From positions 36,687-100,686 of the forward strand of contig CAIVJR010000009.1 of assembly GCA_903906305.1 (NCBI GenBank): a stretch of 64,000 nt of DNA. Direction: 5' to 3'. Below are positions 46,183-55,687 of the stretch, piece after piece (position 1 is the first letter of the stretch; each line of letters opens with the position of its first letter). This stretch comes from an uncultured bacterium. GTDB taxonomy: Bacteria; Patescibacteriota; Dojkabacteria; SC72. The notes beneath the pieces were generated by a model. It searched no databases, was not told where the DNA came from, and saw only the letters and a program-made list of their open reading frames with translations. The translations under genes and the position numbers were made by a program.

Positions 46183-48067
46183 TTTGCTTTGGTTTTATCT
46201 TGTTAGATATGAAATATATTAAATATACTACACCAGCGAATGTGATTAATGATATGGCTTTGGTTATTATTTGAATATATACCGGTGTTGTAATGTTGGT
46301 ATCTGATGCTGAAAGTACAGATTCTGAATAGTCTTCATTAGAGAACTCAATGCTCAAAGAGATATTTGTGATATCAGTGGTATTAGGAATGTTTAACTGT
46401 ATTGTTGCGCTTTGGGTAGGAAGTATAACTTGGGAATTAATATTGTTAACAGGATCTATATATTTTTTAATATCTGCGATGTTTGATTCACCAATTGTAT
46501 ACTTGTTTATGGCTATATTTCCTGTATTGGTAATATTTAGAAGTCCTTTGATATATTTTGATATTGTATTGTTGTTATCAAATACCAATTGAGTACTAAA
46601 TTTTAATTCAGGAGTTATCTCTTCTTGTGAGCTAGAAACTACCTTAAAGTCTGAATCTTTGTAGAAAGTAAGCTTAGGTGCAGAAGGCGATTTCCCTCGT
46701 TTTAATATGGCAATATGGTCAAAGAAAGCATTGCCGTAAAGTGGTTTTGTAGAGTAATCCTCAAGAAATGGATCCATTGTAATCCATCGTTTTTGAACAA
46801 AGTCGTAAGCCTCTACCCAGTAGCTGTAAAAACCATCGGAGGTATATCCAGAGATATTTGAGACAAAGCCAATAACCTGTCTTGTTGGGATACCATATTT
46901 TCGTAGGATTGTTACTAGGAAGTCAGTATAGTCGGCTGGAGTAGCTTCATTGGGGTTGGCTACTAAGTTATCAAATCCTACGCGACTATCTGTAATTACA
47001 CCATCAGCAAGATCTTTTTGTGGGTTGAGTCGCTCAACGGTGTATTGGTAAAGATATTTGTAAATTAATTCTTGTTTTCCTTCTTCCAAATCTTTTACAT
47101 TAGTAAAAGCATCGGTTATATCTAGCCCTTTATTCTTTAAATATGTGATTATCCTTATGAATTCTATTTTTTCTGTTGTTTTCCAGTATCCATGATTGGT
47201 AATCAAAAATGCTTCAGTAGAGTTCTCATCGGTGATTGGATTACGTTTTAAAATATGTCCATTAATCTTACAGTCAATTGTGCTTTCTGGACCAACTATA
47301 TATTTAAAAATATAGTTGCCATCCTCATCTTGCTCTGCTATGTTTGGTAATGGATCGAGTTTGTCCCAAACTATTGTCTGAGTAGTACTGTCTGAAGGTA
47401 ATATTAGCTCAAAGGTTTGATTTTGGTCTGTAAGTGAGTTAGTAAAGGTCTTTGATACTGTAAACTCATATGAAATGGCTTTCCCAAAAAGCATTGCTAT
47501 ACTGGAGTAGAGTGGCTTTAGAATTGTAATTTGATAGTTATCGTCTACACTTTTTATATTTTGTATTGCATCTGAAGTCCAAAGTGGTTCCCCTTTAGTT
47601 TTTGGGTATGTCAAAACCACACTGTTTGTAACTGCATCCTGTACAGAAGAAACAATATTTAATGACTCGGATGAAGTTATATTAGTATGGTATGTAATTC
47701 TTAAGGTTATTGGTGCATTACTTCTAACAAGTGAGTTATTAAAATCCACCAATATATCTGTTCCTCCGCTTCGTTTGTAGTTAGTACAACCTAATGGCTT
47801 TGATGATGTTACGTTGTAGCATTCTGCAGTGATATTCTCTTGTGGAATCGTGGTAGTAAAGTAGGATATTACCCTTGGTGTATTTGCAGAGATGGTTATT
47901 ATGGCTTGTGTATCAATAGTGGTGTCACTAATTCCATGAATAAAGTCGGAGGTAAGAGTGAATTGTTCTTCTACTGCATGAATATTTTGTGAAGAGAGAA
48001 GTAGGAATGAGATTACAAGGCTAAATAGCAACGGAATTTTCTTTAAATAGCCAGTCAAATTTCTCAT
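46175..48067 (-). CDS. Surface-anchored protein with a transglutaminase-like core whose catalytic Cys/His positions are substituted (predicted pseudo-enzyme); signal peptide plus C-terminal TM
   Basis: ADYTDFLVTILRKYGIPTRQVIGFVSN...SYWVEAYD...WITMDP parallels GxCxxFA...GIPAR.V.G...HAWVEVY...W...DP of the transglutaminase-like superfamily, with C->Y and H->S; signal MRNLTGYLKKIPLLFSLVISFLLLSSQNIHA. Confidence 0.5.
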   Translation of the reverse strand: MRNLTGYLKKIPLLFSLVISFLLLSSQNIHAVEEQFTLTSDFIHGISDTTIDTQAIITISANTPRVISYFTTTIPQENITAECYNVTSSKPLGCTNYKRSGGTDILVDFNNSLVRSNAPITLRITYHTNITSSESLNIVSSVQDAVTNSVVLTYPKTKGEPLWTSDAIQNIKSVDDNYQITILKPLYSSIAMLFGKAISYEFTVSKTFTNSLTDQNQTFELILPSDSTTQTIVWDKLDPLPNIAEQDEDGNYIFKYIVGPESTIDCKINGHILKRNPITDENSTEAFLITNHGYWKTTEKIEFIRIITYLKNKGLDITDAFTNVKDLEEGKQELIYKYLYQYTVERLNPQKDLADGVITDSRVGFDNLVANPNEATPADYTDFLVTILRKYGIPTRQVIGFVSNISGYTSDGFYSYWVEAYDFVQKRWITMDPFLEDYSTKPLYGNAFFDHIAILKRGKSPSAPKLTFYKDSDFKVVSSSQEEITPELKFSTQLVFDNNNTISKYIKGLLNITNTGNIAINKYTIGESNIADIKKYIDPVNNINSQVILPTQSATIQLNIPNTTDITNISLSIEFSNEDYSESVLSASDTNITTPVYIQIITKAISLITFAGVVYLIYFISNKIKPKQNG

Positions 48068-48755
48068 ATTTTCTTAATATTTGTTTTATTACAGGAGTCT
48101 TTGGGGTAATTCCATAGTTTAATATTATCTTATCCCAATCTAATTTTTCAGGTTCATTAACAATCTTGTAGTAAGGATTTCGGACAGTTTCCTGTTTGGC
48201 ATTCTTTCTAATAATATAATAGGCTAATCCGTTCTTATCATCAAGCACAACCTCAGGGCTTGCATTTATGCTTAAGAATTCAGCAAATATGAGGTTAGAG
48301 TTTTGTCTTGTATTCACGATTACTGCACTATAGCCAGCAGGAATTATCACCTTTTGTTCCTTTTTTGCTACGATTCGAATAATTCTATTATCCTTTGGAC
48401 TTCTGTATCTTTGCATCAATATTGTTGCTCCACCATATACAATATCTATTAATCTTGCGTATTTTGAACATCTTGTAGCTCTTGTTTTAACAAATTCAAT
48501 ACCTGCTAAGTTTGGTTTAAGCACAATGAAATTGATTTGTAGATCTTTTGAGGAATAGAGGTTGTCTAGATCGAGGTGTTTGTATTTCTTGTAAAATACG
48601 TCAGGGCATGTAAGCTCTTTGTTTAAGAGTTGTGGGCGGATATCATCTATGGAGACAGAGACTACTTCCTTGAAGCTTAAGTCTTTTATTTGTAAATCTT
48701 CACCATCGTAGACTAAAGGAAAACCTGAAGTCTTTTTAAGGTCAATTTTTGCCAT
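48021..48755 (-). CDS. Hypothetical cytoplasmic protein (244 aa), first gene of the HEPN/transglutaminase-like operon
   Basis: ORF only; overlaps the downstream gene by 47 nt. Confidence 0.4.
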   Translation of the reverse strand: MAKIDLKKTSGFPLVYDGEDLQIKDLSFKEVVSVSIDDIRPQLLNKELTCPDVFYKKYKHLDLDNLYSSKDLQINFIVLKPNLAGIEFVKTRATRCSKYARLIDIVYGGATILMQRYRSPKDNRIIRIVAKKEQKVIIPAGYSAVIVNTRQNSNLIFAEFLSINASPEVVLDDKNGLAYYIIRKNAKQETVRNPYYKIVNEPEKLDWDKIILNYGITPKTPVIKQILRKYEKFDWLFKENSVAI

Positions 48756-48779
48756 GACTAGTATTATACCACATCACTT

Positions 48780-49067
48780 TTATTCCCTTGAGAAGGATTT
48801 GAGGAGCTCAGAGAGGATAAAGGCTGCTATCATAAAGAAAACGAGAGCTACAATGGGTGTTAAGGAAAGCGTAAATCTATCTATCTGTATAGCGTTTGTA
48901 GTTATACCTTCAAATGGTTTAACGAATATATCGCTTGTATTCATAATCCAGCTTACAATTGTATTTTGTATATTAGCATTGATAATTGATAGTACAATTC
49001 GAGTCATTATTAAGGCCTCGATGAGCATTGTTGCGGTGTAAACCAATCTAATTAGTAGTTTTAACAT
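48780..49067 (-). CDS. YggT-family small membrane protein
   Basis: 95 aa; LIEALIMTRIVLSIINANIQNTIVSWI is YggT-like; preferred over the fully antisense 48754..49041 ORF. Confidence 0.55.
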   Translation of the reverse strand: MLKLLIRLVYTATMLIEALIMTRIVLSIINANIQNTIVSWIMNTSDIFVKPFEGITTNAIQIDRFTLSLTPIVALVFFMIAAFILSELLKSFSRE

Positions 49068-49069
49068 GG

Positions 49070-49819
49070 TTATAGATTATCAAGATTATCTGCATAATAG
49101 TCAAGTTCTCTCATAAATCTAGTGACTGTATTGGCCCAAACGTGTGCTGTGCCTTCCGCACATGGAGGACAATATGCAGGTTCGATTTCAAATGGTGTAA
49201 GTGTTACTCCATATCCCTGAGAAAGTCCTCGGGTAATTTCTTTAATTCCGTCTGGCCAAGTTGCAAACATGCTCCAACCACTTGGGCTCTTGTTAATTCC
49301 TCTCCATCCCCATGCATTGTTTGAATTTCCTCCTGGAACAATGTTCCCAAAAGCAGATTCTACACCTGAAATTGATGCTACAAGCCTCCAGTCTAGGCCA
49401 TATCTATCTGCCTCTGTAACAAATACATTTGCATACTGCGCCATTGGTGAATGATAGTCAGTTAGAAATTTGTTCATCGCTAAAATCCTAGGATCAACGG
49501 TTAAGAATCGTGACACACCAGATTTCTTCGTATCGGCAATATTTGTGGAAAGACTGTATTCTGGAGAGTAGATATGGATATCGAAAACAGGTGATAACGA
49601 GTTGATCTGAGTTTGAGAATTCTCTTGCGAAACTTTCTCTATGGCATCGACCATAACCTTCTCGTAGTGTGGAGATACAAAAACATAGTACAGAACAAGA
49701 ACTATGGCTACCATCAGTGCTCTAGTAATTCTAGAGTGATATAAAGACTGAATAGACAACTGTTTTAACTTAATACCCATTGGTTCTGGCATAATATCCA
49801 GTATAACAGAAAGGGGCAA
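49070..49819 (-). CDS. Membrane-anchored peptidoglycan hydrolase-like protein (lytic transglycosylase/glucosaminidase-like)
   Basis: Single TM, then GLDWRLVASISGVESAFG with E-S in an SLT-like context; weak assignment. Confidence 0.4.
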   Translation of the reverse strand: MPLSVILDIMPEPMGIKLKQLSIQSLYHSRITRALMVAIVLVLYYVFVSPHYEKVMVDAIEKVSQENSQTQINSLSPVFDIHIYSPEYSLSTNIADTKKSGVSRFLTVDPRILAMNKFLTDYHSPMAQYANVFVTEADRYGLDWRLVASISGVESAFGNIVPGGNSNNAWGWRGINKSPSGWSMFATWPDGIKEITRGLSQGYGVTLTPFEIEPAYCPPCAEGTAHVWANTVTRFMRELDYYADNLDNL

Positions 49820-49827
49820 TATTTGTT

Positions 49828-52800
49828 ATGTTTACTCATCTACATTTACATACAGAGTACTCTTTGTTGGATGCTACTATTAGAATTCCAGCACTGATTC
49901 AGAAACTTCAAGATTCAGGTATGACCTCTTGTGCCATCACGGACCATGGAAATATGTATGGAGCATTCAAATTCAAAAATGCCATGACTGAAGCTGGGCT
50001 TAAACCAATCATTGGTTGTGAAATATATGTTGCACCTAGAGGTATGGATTTGAAGGAATTTGGAATAGATAACAAATATAACCACTTGATATTGCTTGCA
50101 AAGAATCTCGAAGGATACAAAAACTTAATGAAGATAGTCTCCATAGCCCATATGGATGGTTTCTACTACAAACCTAGAATTGATTTTGAAACACTCTCAA
50201 AATATACAAAAGATATCGTGTGTACCTCTGCGTGTTTAGCAGGACCGATATCGAGACCATTGTTAGAAAGTAATTACAATCTAGCCCTAGAAACTGCAAA
50301 AAAGTATGCAGAAGCATTTAAGGATAACTTCTACATTGAAATCCAGCGCAATGGTATGGAAGAGCAGGAAAAAGTTAACGAAGGATTGATTAAAATTTCA
50401 AAAGAACTAAATCTTCCACTTGTTGCCACCTGTGATGCCCACTATCTGAATAGAGAAGATGCTGCAATTCAAGAAATTCTTTGGTGTATCAGTGATGGTA
50501 CTTCTATGGATGATCCTAAGAAACGTACCATGCCGACCAATGAGTTCTATGTTAAAACTCCAGAAGAGATGAGTGAGCTTTTCAAGGATATTCCTGAAGC
50601 TGTTGAAAATACGCAGAAAATCGCTGACATGATTGAGGAATATGAAATGTCCTTTGGAAGGATTGAACCTCACTATCTTGATCTTCCAGAAGAAGAAAAT
50701 ACATCAACATTCTTACACAAAGTGACGTTTGAGGGAGCTAAAGAGAAATATGGAGAAATAACTAAGGAGTTAGAGGAAAGATTGGAATATGAACTTAAGG
50801 TCATTGGAGACAAAGGCTACAATGATTACTTTCTTGTTGTGCGTGACTTTGTTAAGTTCTGTAGAGATAACGGTATTGTAGTAAGTATGAGAGGTTCAGG
50901 TTGTGGCTCAGCAGTAGCATATTGTATTGATATTACAAATATTGAGCCAATTGGTTGGGAGTTGTATTTTGAAAGATTCTTAAACCCTGAAAGAGAATCT
51001 CCCCCGGATTTTGATATTGATATTGCAGATAAACGAAGGGGAGAACTCATTGAATATACTATTCAGAAATATGGTGCAGATAATGTAAAACAGATTGGGA
51101 CGTTCAGCAAACTTCAAACAAGGCAAGCCATAAAAGATGTGGGGAGAGTTTTGGGAATTGATTTAGCCATAACCAATAAACTCGCAAAGATGGTTGAAAT
51201 AGTCTTTGGTAAGGCTAAAGATATGGACTATATGATTGAACATAACCCCGAATTTGCGGAATTAATTAATTCTTCAGACAAAACCCTAGAACTCAAGGAA
51301 ATTGTTAAAAAGGTTTCTGGAATAGCTCGTGGAACATCAACTCATGCGTGTGGCGTTATAGTTGCTCCAGAAGCTGTTGTGAACTTTTGCCCAATTCAAA
51401 GAGACTCACATGGGGGTGGCATTGGTATGACCCAATATGAAATGGCAGACGCAGAGGCTACAGGATTAATGAAATTCGACTTCCTAGGATTACGAAATCT
51501 TAATGTAATAGGTGAGGCTGTAAAAAAGGTGGAGGTAAATACGGGTATAAAGTTGAATCTTAGAACCCTGGATAAACATGATGCAGATTCTTTCAAAATT
51601 ATGCAGCAAGGCCATACCGTTGGAATATTCCAAATGGAAAGTGAAGGAATGAAAAGGGTCGTCAAATCTGTATTCCCAGAAACTCTGGAAGACGTTTGTT
51701 ACATATTAGCAGCATATCGTCCAGGCCCTATGCAATTCATCTCTGAATATGTAGCAGTAAAACAAGGTAAGAAAAAGGTTGAATATATATTCCCAGAGTT
51801 AGAGCCTATTCTTTGTGTTACCAATGGGGTAATAACCTACCAGGAACATATCATGAGTATTGTAAAAGAGATTGGCGGGTATACCATGGGTAATGCAGCC
51901 GCATTAATGAAACTGATGAGTAAGAAAAAATTCGATAAGGTTGAGCACGAAAAACCAATATTCATGGAAGGCGCTATGAAGAAAGGTTTTGATGAAACCA
52001 AACTTAATGAACTTTGGGAAAAATTGCTTTTGTTTGCAAACTACGGTTTTAACAAAGCCCACAGTGCATCGTATGCGACTGTTTCCTACTGGACTGCATA
52101 TCTAAAGGCCCACTATCCTTTGGAATTCATGGCAGCCCTTTTGGAAGGAGATTTAGATAACTTTGATCGTGTCATTATTGACCTTGATGAATGTGAAAGA
52201 TTAGATATTGATGTGCTTCCTCCTACAGTGAATGAAAGTAATTACTACTTTAAAGTGGAAGGGGATCATGCGATTAGATTTGGATTAGGCGGCATAAAGA
52301 ATGTTGGAGAAGATATTGTTAAAAGTGTCGTTGAAGAAAGAAAGAATAATGGGCCTTACCAACACCTCGATGATTTTGTGCACAGGCTTTTCCAATCTGT
52401 TACCAAACGTTCAATTGAGTATATGATTATGGCTGGAACTATGGATTCATTTGGTGACAGAAATGCACTGCTTCAACTTGTTCCAAATATCTATGAAAAG
52501 GAAAAGGTAAGAAACAAATCGCTTTCATTAGGACAGATAGATATATTTTCATTAGATCAGGATGCTTCAAAGAAGGAAGAAACTGTTGGAATGACACCAT
52601 TACCAAATATTGAAAAAACACCTGTAGCTCAAGCACTATCATGGGAGAAAGAGCTCCTGGGGCTATATTTCTCTAGTCATCCCCTTGATGCTTTCCAAGA
52701 ATTTTTTGAAAGTAAGAATGTCATTTCCATTCGTGATGCACTTGAAAACAAGAAGAACAATGACATGATTATACTTGGGGTTATGGTAGACAAAATACGA

Positions 52801-53223
52801 AAGATTTCTACTAAGAAGGGAGATATGATGGCATTTCTAACAATTGAAGACAAATCGGCTACTTCGGATGCAATTGTATTCCCTCGTACATATCAAGAAC
52901 TTAAGGATACCTTGGTTGAGAACAAACCTATGCTTTTGGCTGGAAAGATCAATGTAAAGGAAGGGGACAAGAGCATTATTGTTGAAAAGGCTAAATATAT
53001 TGATGAGGTTAAGTGTAAATCTGATTTTGAGGGGGTTACATTTAGAATTAAGCCAACACATACTGAGGATGAGATTGCCCAATTAAAGGCATTTATATCC
53101 AATTCTGAGGGTGATCTTGCTGTAAAGATAATTGTAGATAACGGGGAGAGTAAGAAGACGGTTATGTTAGCCAAGAAAATTCCAATGAATGAAGAAACAA
53201 AGAAATGGTTAAGGAAGTTCTAA
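49828..53223 (+). CDS. dnaE: DNA polymerase III alpha subunit
   Basis: PHP domain HLHLHTEYSLLD at the N-terminus, Pol IIIalpha catalytic core, OB fold; 1131 aa. Confidence 0.95.
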   Translation: MFTHLHLHTEYSLLDATIRIPALIQKLQDSGMTSCAITDHGNMYGAFKFKNAMTEAGLKPIIGCEIYVAPRGMDLKEFGIDNKYNHLILLAKNLEGYKNLMKIVSIAHMDGFYYKPRIDFETLSKYTKDIVCTSACLAGPISRPLLESNYNLALETAKKYAEAFKDNFYIEIQRNGMEEQEKVNEGLIKISKELNLPLVATCDAHYLNREDAAIQEILWCISDGTSMDDPKKRTMPTNEFYVKTPEEMSELFKDIPEAVENTQKIADMIEEYEMSFGRIEPHYLDLPEEENTSTFLHKVTFEGAKEKYGEITKELEERLEYELKVIGDKGYNDYFLVVRDFVKFCRDNGIVVSMRGSGCGSAVAYCIDITNIEPIGWELYFERFLNPERESPPDFDIDIADKRRGELIEYTIQKYGADNVKQIGTFSKLQTRQAIKDVGRVLGIDLAITNKLAKMVEIVFGKAKDMDYMIEHNPEFAELINSSDKTLELKEIVKKVSGIARGTSTHACGVIVAPEAVVNFCPIQRDSHGGGIGMTQYEMADAEATGLMKFDFLGLRNLNVIGEAVKKVEVNTGIKLNLRTLDKHDADSFKIMQQGHTVGIFQMESEGMKRVVKSVFPETLEDVCYILAAYRPGPMQFISEYVAVKQGKKKVEYIFPELEPILCVTNGVITYQEHIMSIVKEIGGYTMGNAAALMKLMSKKKFDKVEHEKPIFMEGAMKKGFDETKLNELWEKLLLFANYGFNKAHSASYATVSYWTAYLKAHYPLEFMAALLEGDLDNFDRVIIDLDECERLDIDVLPPTVNESNYYFKVEGDHAIRFGLGGIKNVGEDIVKSVVEERKNNGPYQHLDDFVHRLFQSVTKRSIEYMIMAGTMDSFGDRNALLQLVPNIYEKEKVRNKSLSLGQIDIFSLDQDASKKEETVGMTPLPNIEKTPVAQALSWEKELLGLYFSSHPLDAFQEFFESKNVISIRDALENKKNNDMIILGVMVDKIRKISTKKGDMMAFLTIEDKSATSDAIVFPRTYQELKDTLVENKPMLLAGKINVKEGDKSIIVEKAKYIDEVKCKSDFEGVTFRIKPTHTEDEIAQLKAFISNSEGDLAVKIIVDNGESKKTVMLAKKIPMNEETKKWLRKF

Positions 53224-53240
53224 ATTTATTTTAAATAAAT

Positions 53241-54203
53241 ATGGACCCAAACAAATCAGAAGGTGAGGGAAAAGAGATCAAACAAATAACTGTTGAAAGT
53301 GGTAGAACGGCAGAATTGTTTGATATGTACAAAACATCAGAATTAGGCACGTTATGGCCAATTGATTCTGAAAAATTTGAACAGATTTTGTTTGGTACGA
53401 ATGATACAAACAATGAAACAGAAGTGTTTATTGAAGAGGATGAAAATAATATCCAAGGGGTAATAGCTTTAAAATATAAAAAAGGAGATCCTGATAGTGC
53501 TGTAATTATATTTGAACAAGTAAAACCAGAAGAACAGAATAAAGGTATTGGCACTAGATTACTGCAAAAAGTTTTTGAAAGAGCAGAAGAGATAGGGAAT
53601 AAAAGTATTGCATTCGGAGGAAAAGTTGGTTCCTACTTTTGGCCTGGAATCCCAGAGAACTTACATTGTAACGATTTTTTCTCTAAACAGGGATTTGAGG
53701 TAAAGGATGGTCCAGTTGATATGCATCAAGAGATTACAAATTGGTTTGCAGATAAGAAGATTTTTGACCGAATTGAAGAACAAGGTATTTCTATACGTTT
53801 TGCAAGTGAGTTGGATAGTGACAGCATTTTACAATTTGAAAAAGAAAATTTTCCCAATTGGTACGATTCATATTACAAGCGTTTAATCACAAGAGAACAA
53901 TACGAGAAAGTTTTTTTTGCTGAAAAAGATGGAAAGATTCTTGCAGTTAGTGAATTGTGGGATGATGGGTGTAATTGGGATATGCTTTTTAAAGGAAAAG
54001 TGGGCGGAGGAGGTGCTCTAGGTGTATCTGAAAAGTATCAAGGCTTAGGTATTGGATTAGCAATGAAAGCTTGGGGAACCCAAAAATTAAAAGAGAGAGG
54101 TATACAAAACGTGTGGATTGGGTGGACCTACGCAGTTGGATTGTATGAAAAGCTAGGATTTAAAGTTTGGCGTAAATTTTCAAAAGCAACAAAGAAACTT
54201 TAA
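53241..54203 (+). CDS. Tandem-GNAT acetyltransferase (two acetyltransferase domains)
   Basis: QNKGIGTRLLQKVFERAEE and QGLGIGLAMKAWGTQKLKERG motifs in the two halves. Confidence 0.6.
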   Translation: MDPNKSEGEGKEIKQITVESGRTAELFDMYKTSELGTLWPIDSEKFEQILFGTNDTNNETEVFIEEDENNIQGVIALKYKKGDPDSAVIIFEQVKPEEQNKGIGTRLLQKVFERAEEIGNKSIAFGGKVGSYFWPGIPENLHCNDFFSKQGFEVKDGPVDMHQEITNWFADKKIFDRIEEQGISIRFASELDSDSILQFEKENFPNWYDSYYKRLITREQYEKVFFAEKDGKILAVSELWDDGCNWDMLFKGKVGGGGALGVSEKYQGLGIGLAMKAWGTQKLKERGIQNVWIGWTYAVGLYEKLGFKVWRKFSKATKKL

Positions 54204-54223
54204 CAAACTGGTATAATATACCC

Positions 54224-55687
54224 ATGAATGAAGCTATACAAACTAAATTAGAAGTACTCCCACATAAACCAGGAGTATATCGATTCCTAGATAAAACAGG
54301 AACTATACTTTACATCGGTAAAGCAATAAACCTCTACAATCGTGTTAGGTCTTACTTTAACAGTGACCTCTACGATAGACCAAGAATCAAACAAATGATG
54401 CCATTGGTAGTAGATTTAGAAGTCATAGAAACGAATAACGAAATAGAATCACTGGTATTAGAATCTGCGCTGGTAAAGAAATATAACCCACTGTACAACA
54501 CAGATCTTAAAGATGATAAATCATACGCATGGATATATATATCTACCAAAGACAAATTTCCAACAGTAAAAATTGTAAGAACTCTCAATGAAAAAGAATA
54601 TAAAAAAGGAGAATTATTTGGCCCATACCCAAGTGGTTTAGCTACTAAAAGAATCTTTACATATCTTAGAAAGCTCTACCCATTCTGCAACTGTTGTAAG
54701 GAAAATTCAAAAGAATCCCTATACTATTTCCTCGAACTATGCCCAGGACCATACCAAGGCCATATTACTGAACAAGATTACAGAAAGAACATTAATGAAA
54801 TCATAAAATTCCTTAAGGGAAGAAAGAAAGGACAGATTCAACAACTAGAACGAGAGATGAAAACCTATTCTTCTGAAAAACAGTACGAAAAAGCTGCAAA
54901 ATTAAGAGATAGGGTTAATGATCTTAAATATCTTGGAGAGAAAATTGAATTTACATACTTTGATACAGAAGAAGATTACAAAACAAGAAGAAAAAATACA
55001 TTAAAAAAGAATTTTGATGGATTAAGGATAGAATTGGGTATTGAAGACCTAAACCGTATTGAATGTTACGACATCTCAAATATCTCTGGGAAGGAAGCAT
55101 ATGGCTCCATGGTTGTAGCTCAGGATGGTGAAATCAAACGAAGTGAGTACCGAATATTTAAAATTAAGTCCATGGATACTCCAAACGATCCCGCAATGTT
55201 GACAGAGGTATTAACAAGAAGATTTGCAAACAAAGAATTTAGTACTTTGCCAAATATTGTGCTCATAGATGGTGGTAAATCTCAACTAGGTGTAGTCAAG
55301 AAGGCTATTCCTGAAGGTATATTCATTCTTGGTATTTCTAAAGGTAAGAGGCACAAACGCAAAGGTGGGAGACTTTTAGATGAATTCTGGGGTATGTATG
55401 GGGATGATATTCAACAATTGGATATACAAAATAGAAGTATATTGATTGATTTGAGAGATGAGGCACACAGATTTGCGATATTACACCATAGAAAAGCTAG
55501 ATCTAGAGATAGCCAAGCTTCTCAGTTAGAAACTATACCTGGAGTAGGAAAGATAAGAAGAAAGGCTTTGATGAGTGCATTTGGAAGCATTGAGAACATC
55601 AAGAAGAGTAGTGTAGATGAATTAGAAAAGATAGTTGGAAACAGAAAGATTGCAGAAGAAGTTTTTAATCATTTTAAAACTTCTTAG
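54224..55687 (+). CDS. uvrC: Excinuclease ABC subunit C (compact, 487 aa)
   Basis: GIY-YIG (GVYRFLDKTGTILYIGKAINLYNRVRSY), UVR segment (EKAAKLRDRVNDL), C-terminal HhH (IPGVGKIRRKALMSAFGSIENI). Confidence 0.85.
   Translation: MNEAIQTKLEVLPHKPGVYRFLDKTGTILYIGKAINLYNRVRSYFNSDLYDRPRIKQMMPLVVDLEVIETNNEIESLVLESALVKKYNPLYNTDLKDDKSYAWIYISTKDKFPTVKIVRTLNEKEYKKGELFGPYPSGLATKRIFTYLRKLYPFCNCCKENSKESLYYFLELCPGPYQGHITEQDYRKNINEIIKFLKGRKKGQIQQLEREMKTYSSEKQYEKAAKLRDRVNDLKYLGEKIEFTYFDTEEDYKTRRKNTLKKNFDGLRIELGIEDLNRIECYDISNISGKEAYGSMVVAQDGEIKRSEYRIFKIKSMDTPNDPAMLTEVLTRRFANKEFSTLPNIVLIDGGKSQLGVVKKAIPEGIFILGISKGKRHKRKGGRLLDEFWGMYGDDIQQLDIQNRSILIDLRDEAHRFAILHHRKARSRDSQASQLETIPGVGKIRRKALMSAFGSIENIKKSSVDELEKIVGNRKIAEEVFNHFKTS

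Noticed and set aside
48754-49041. Plus-strand 95-aa ORF
   Set aside because: Fully antisense to the YggT-like ORF 48780..49067, which has a recognisable family signature; the plus-strand ORF is a mirror artefact.
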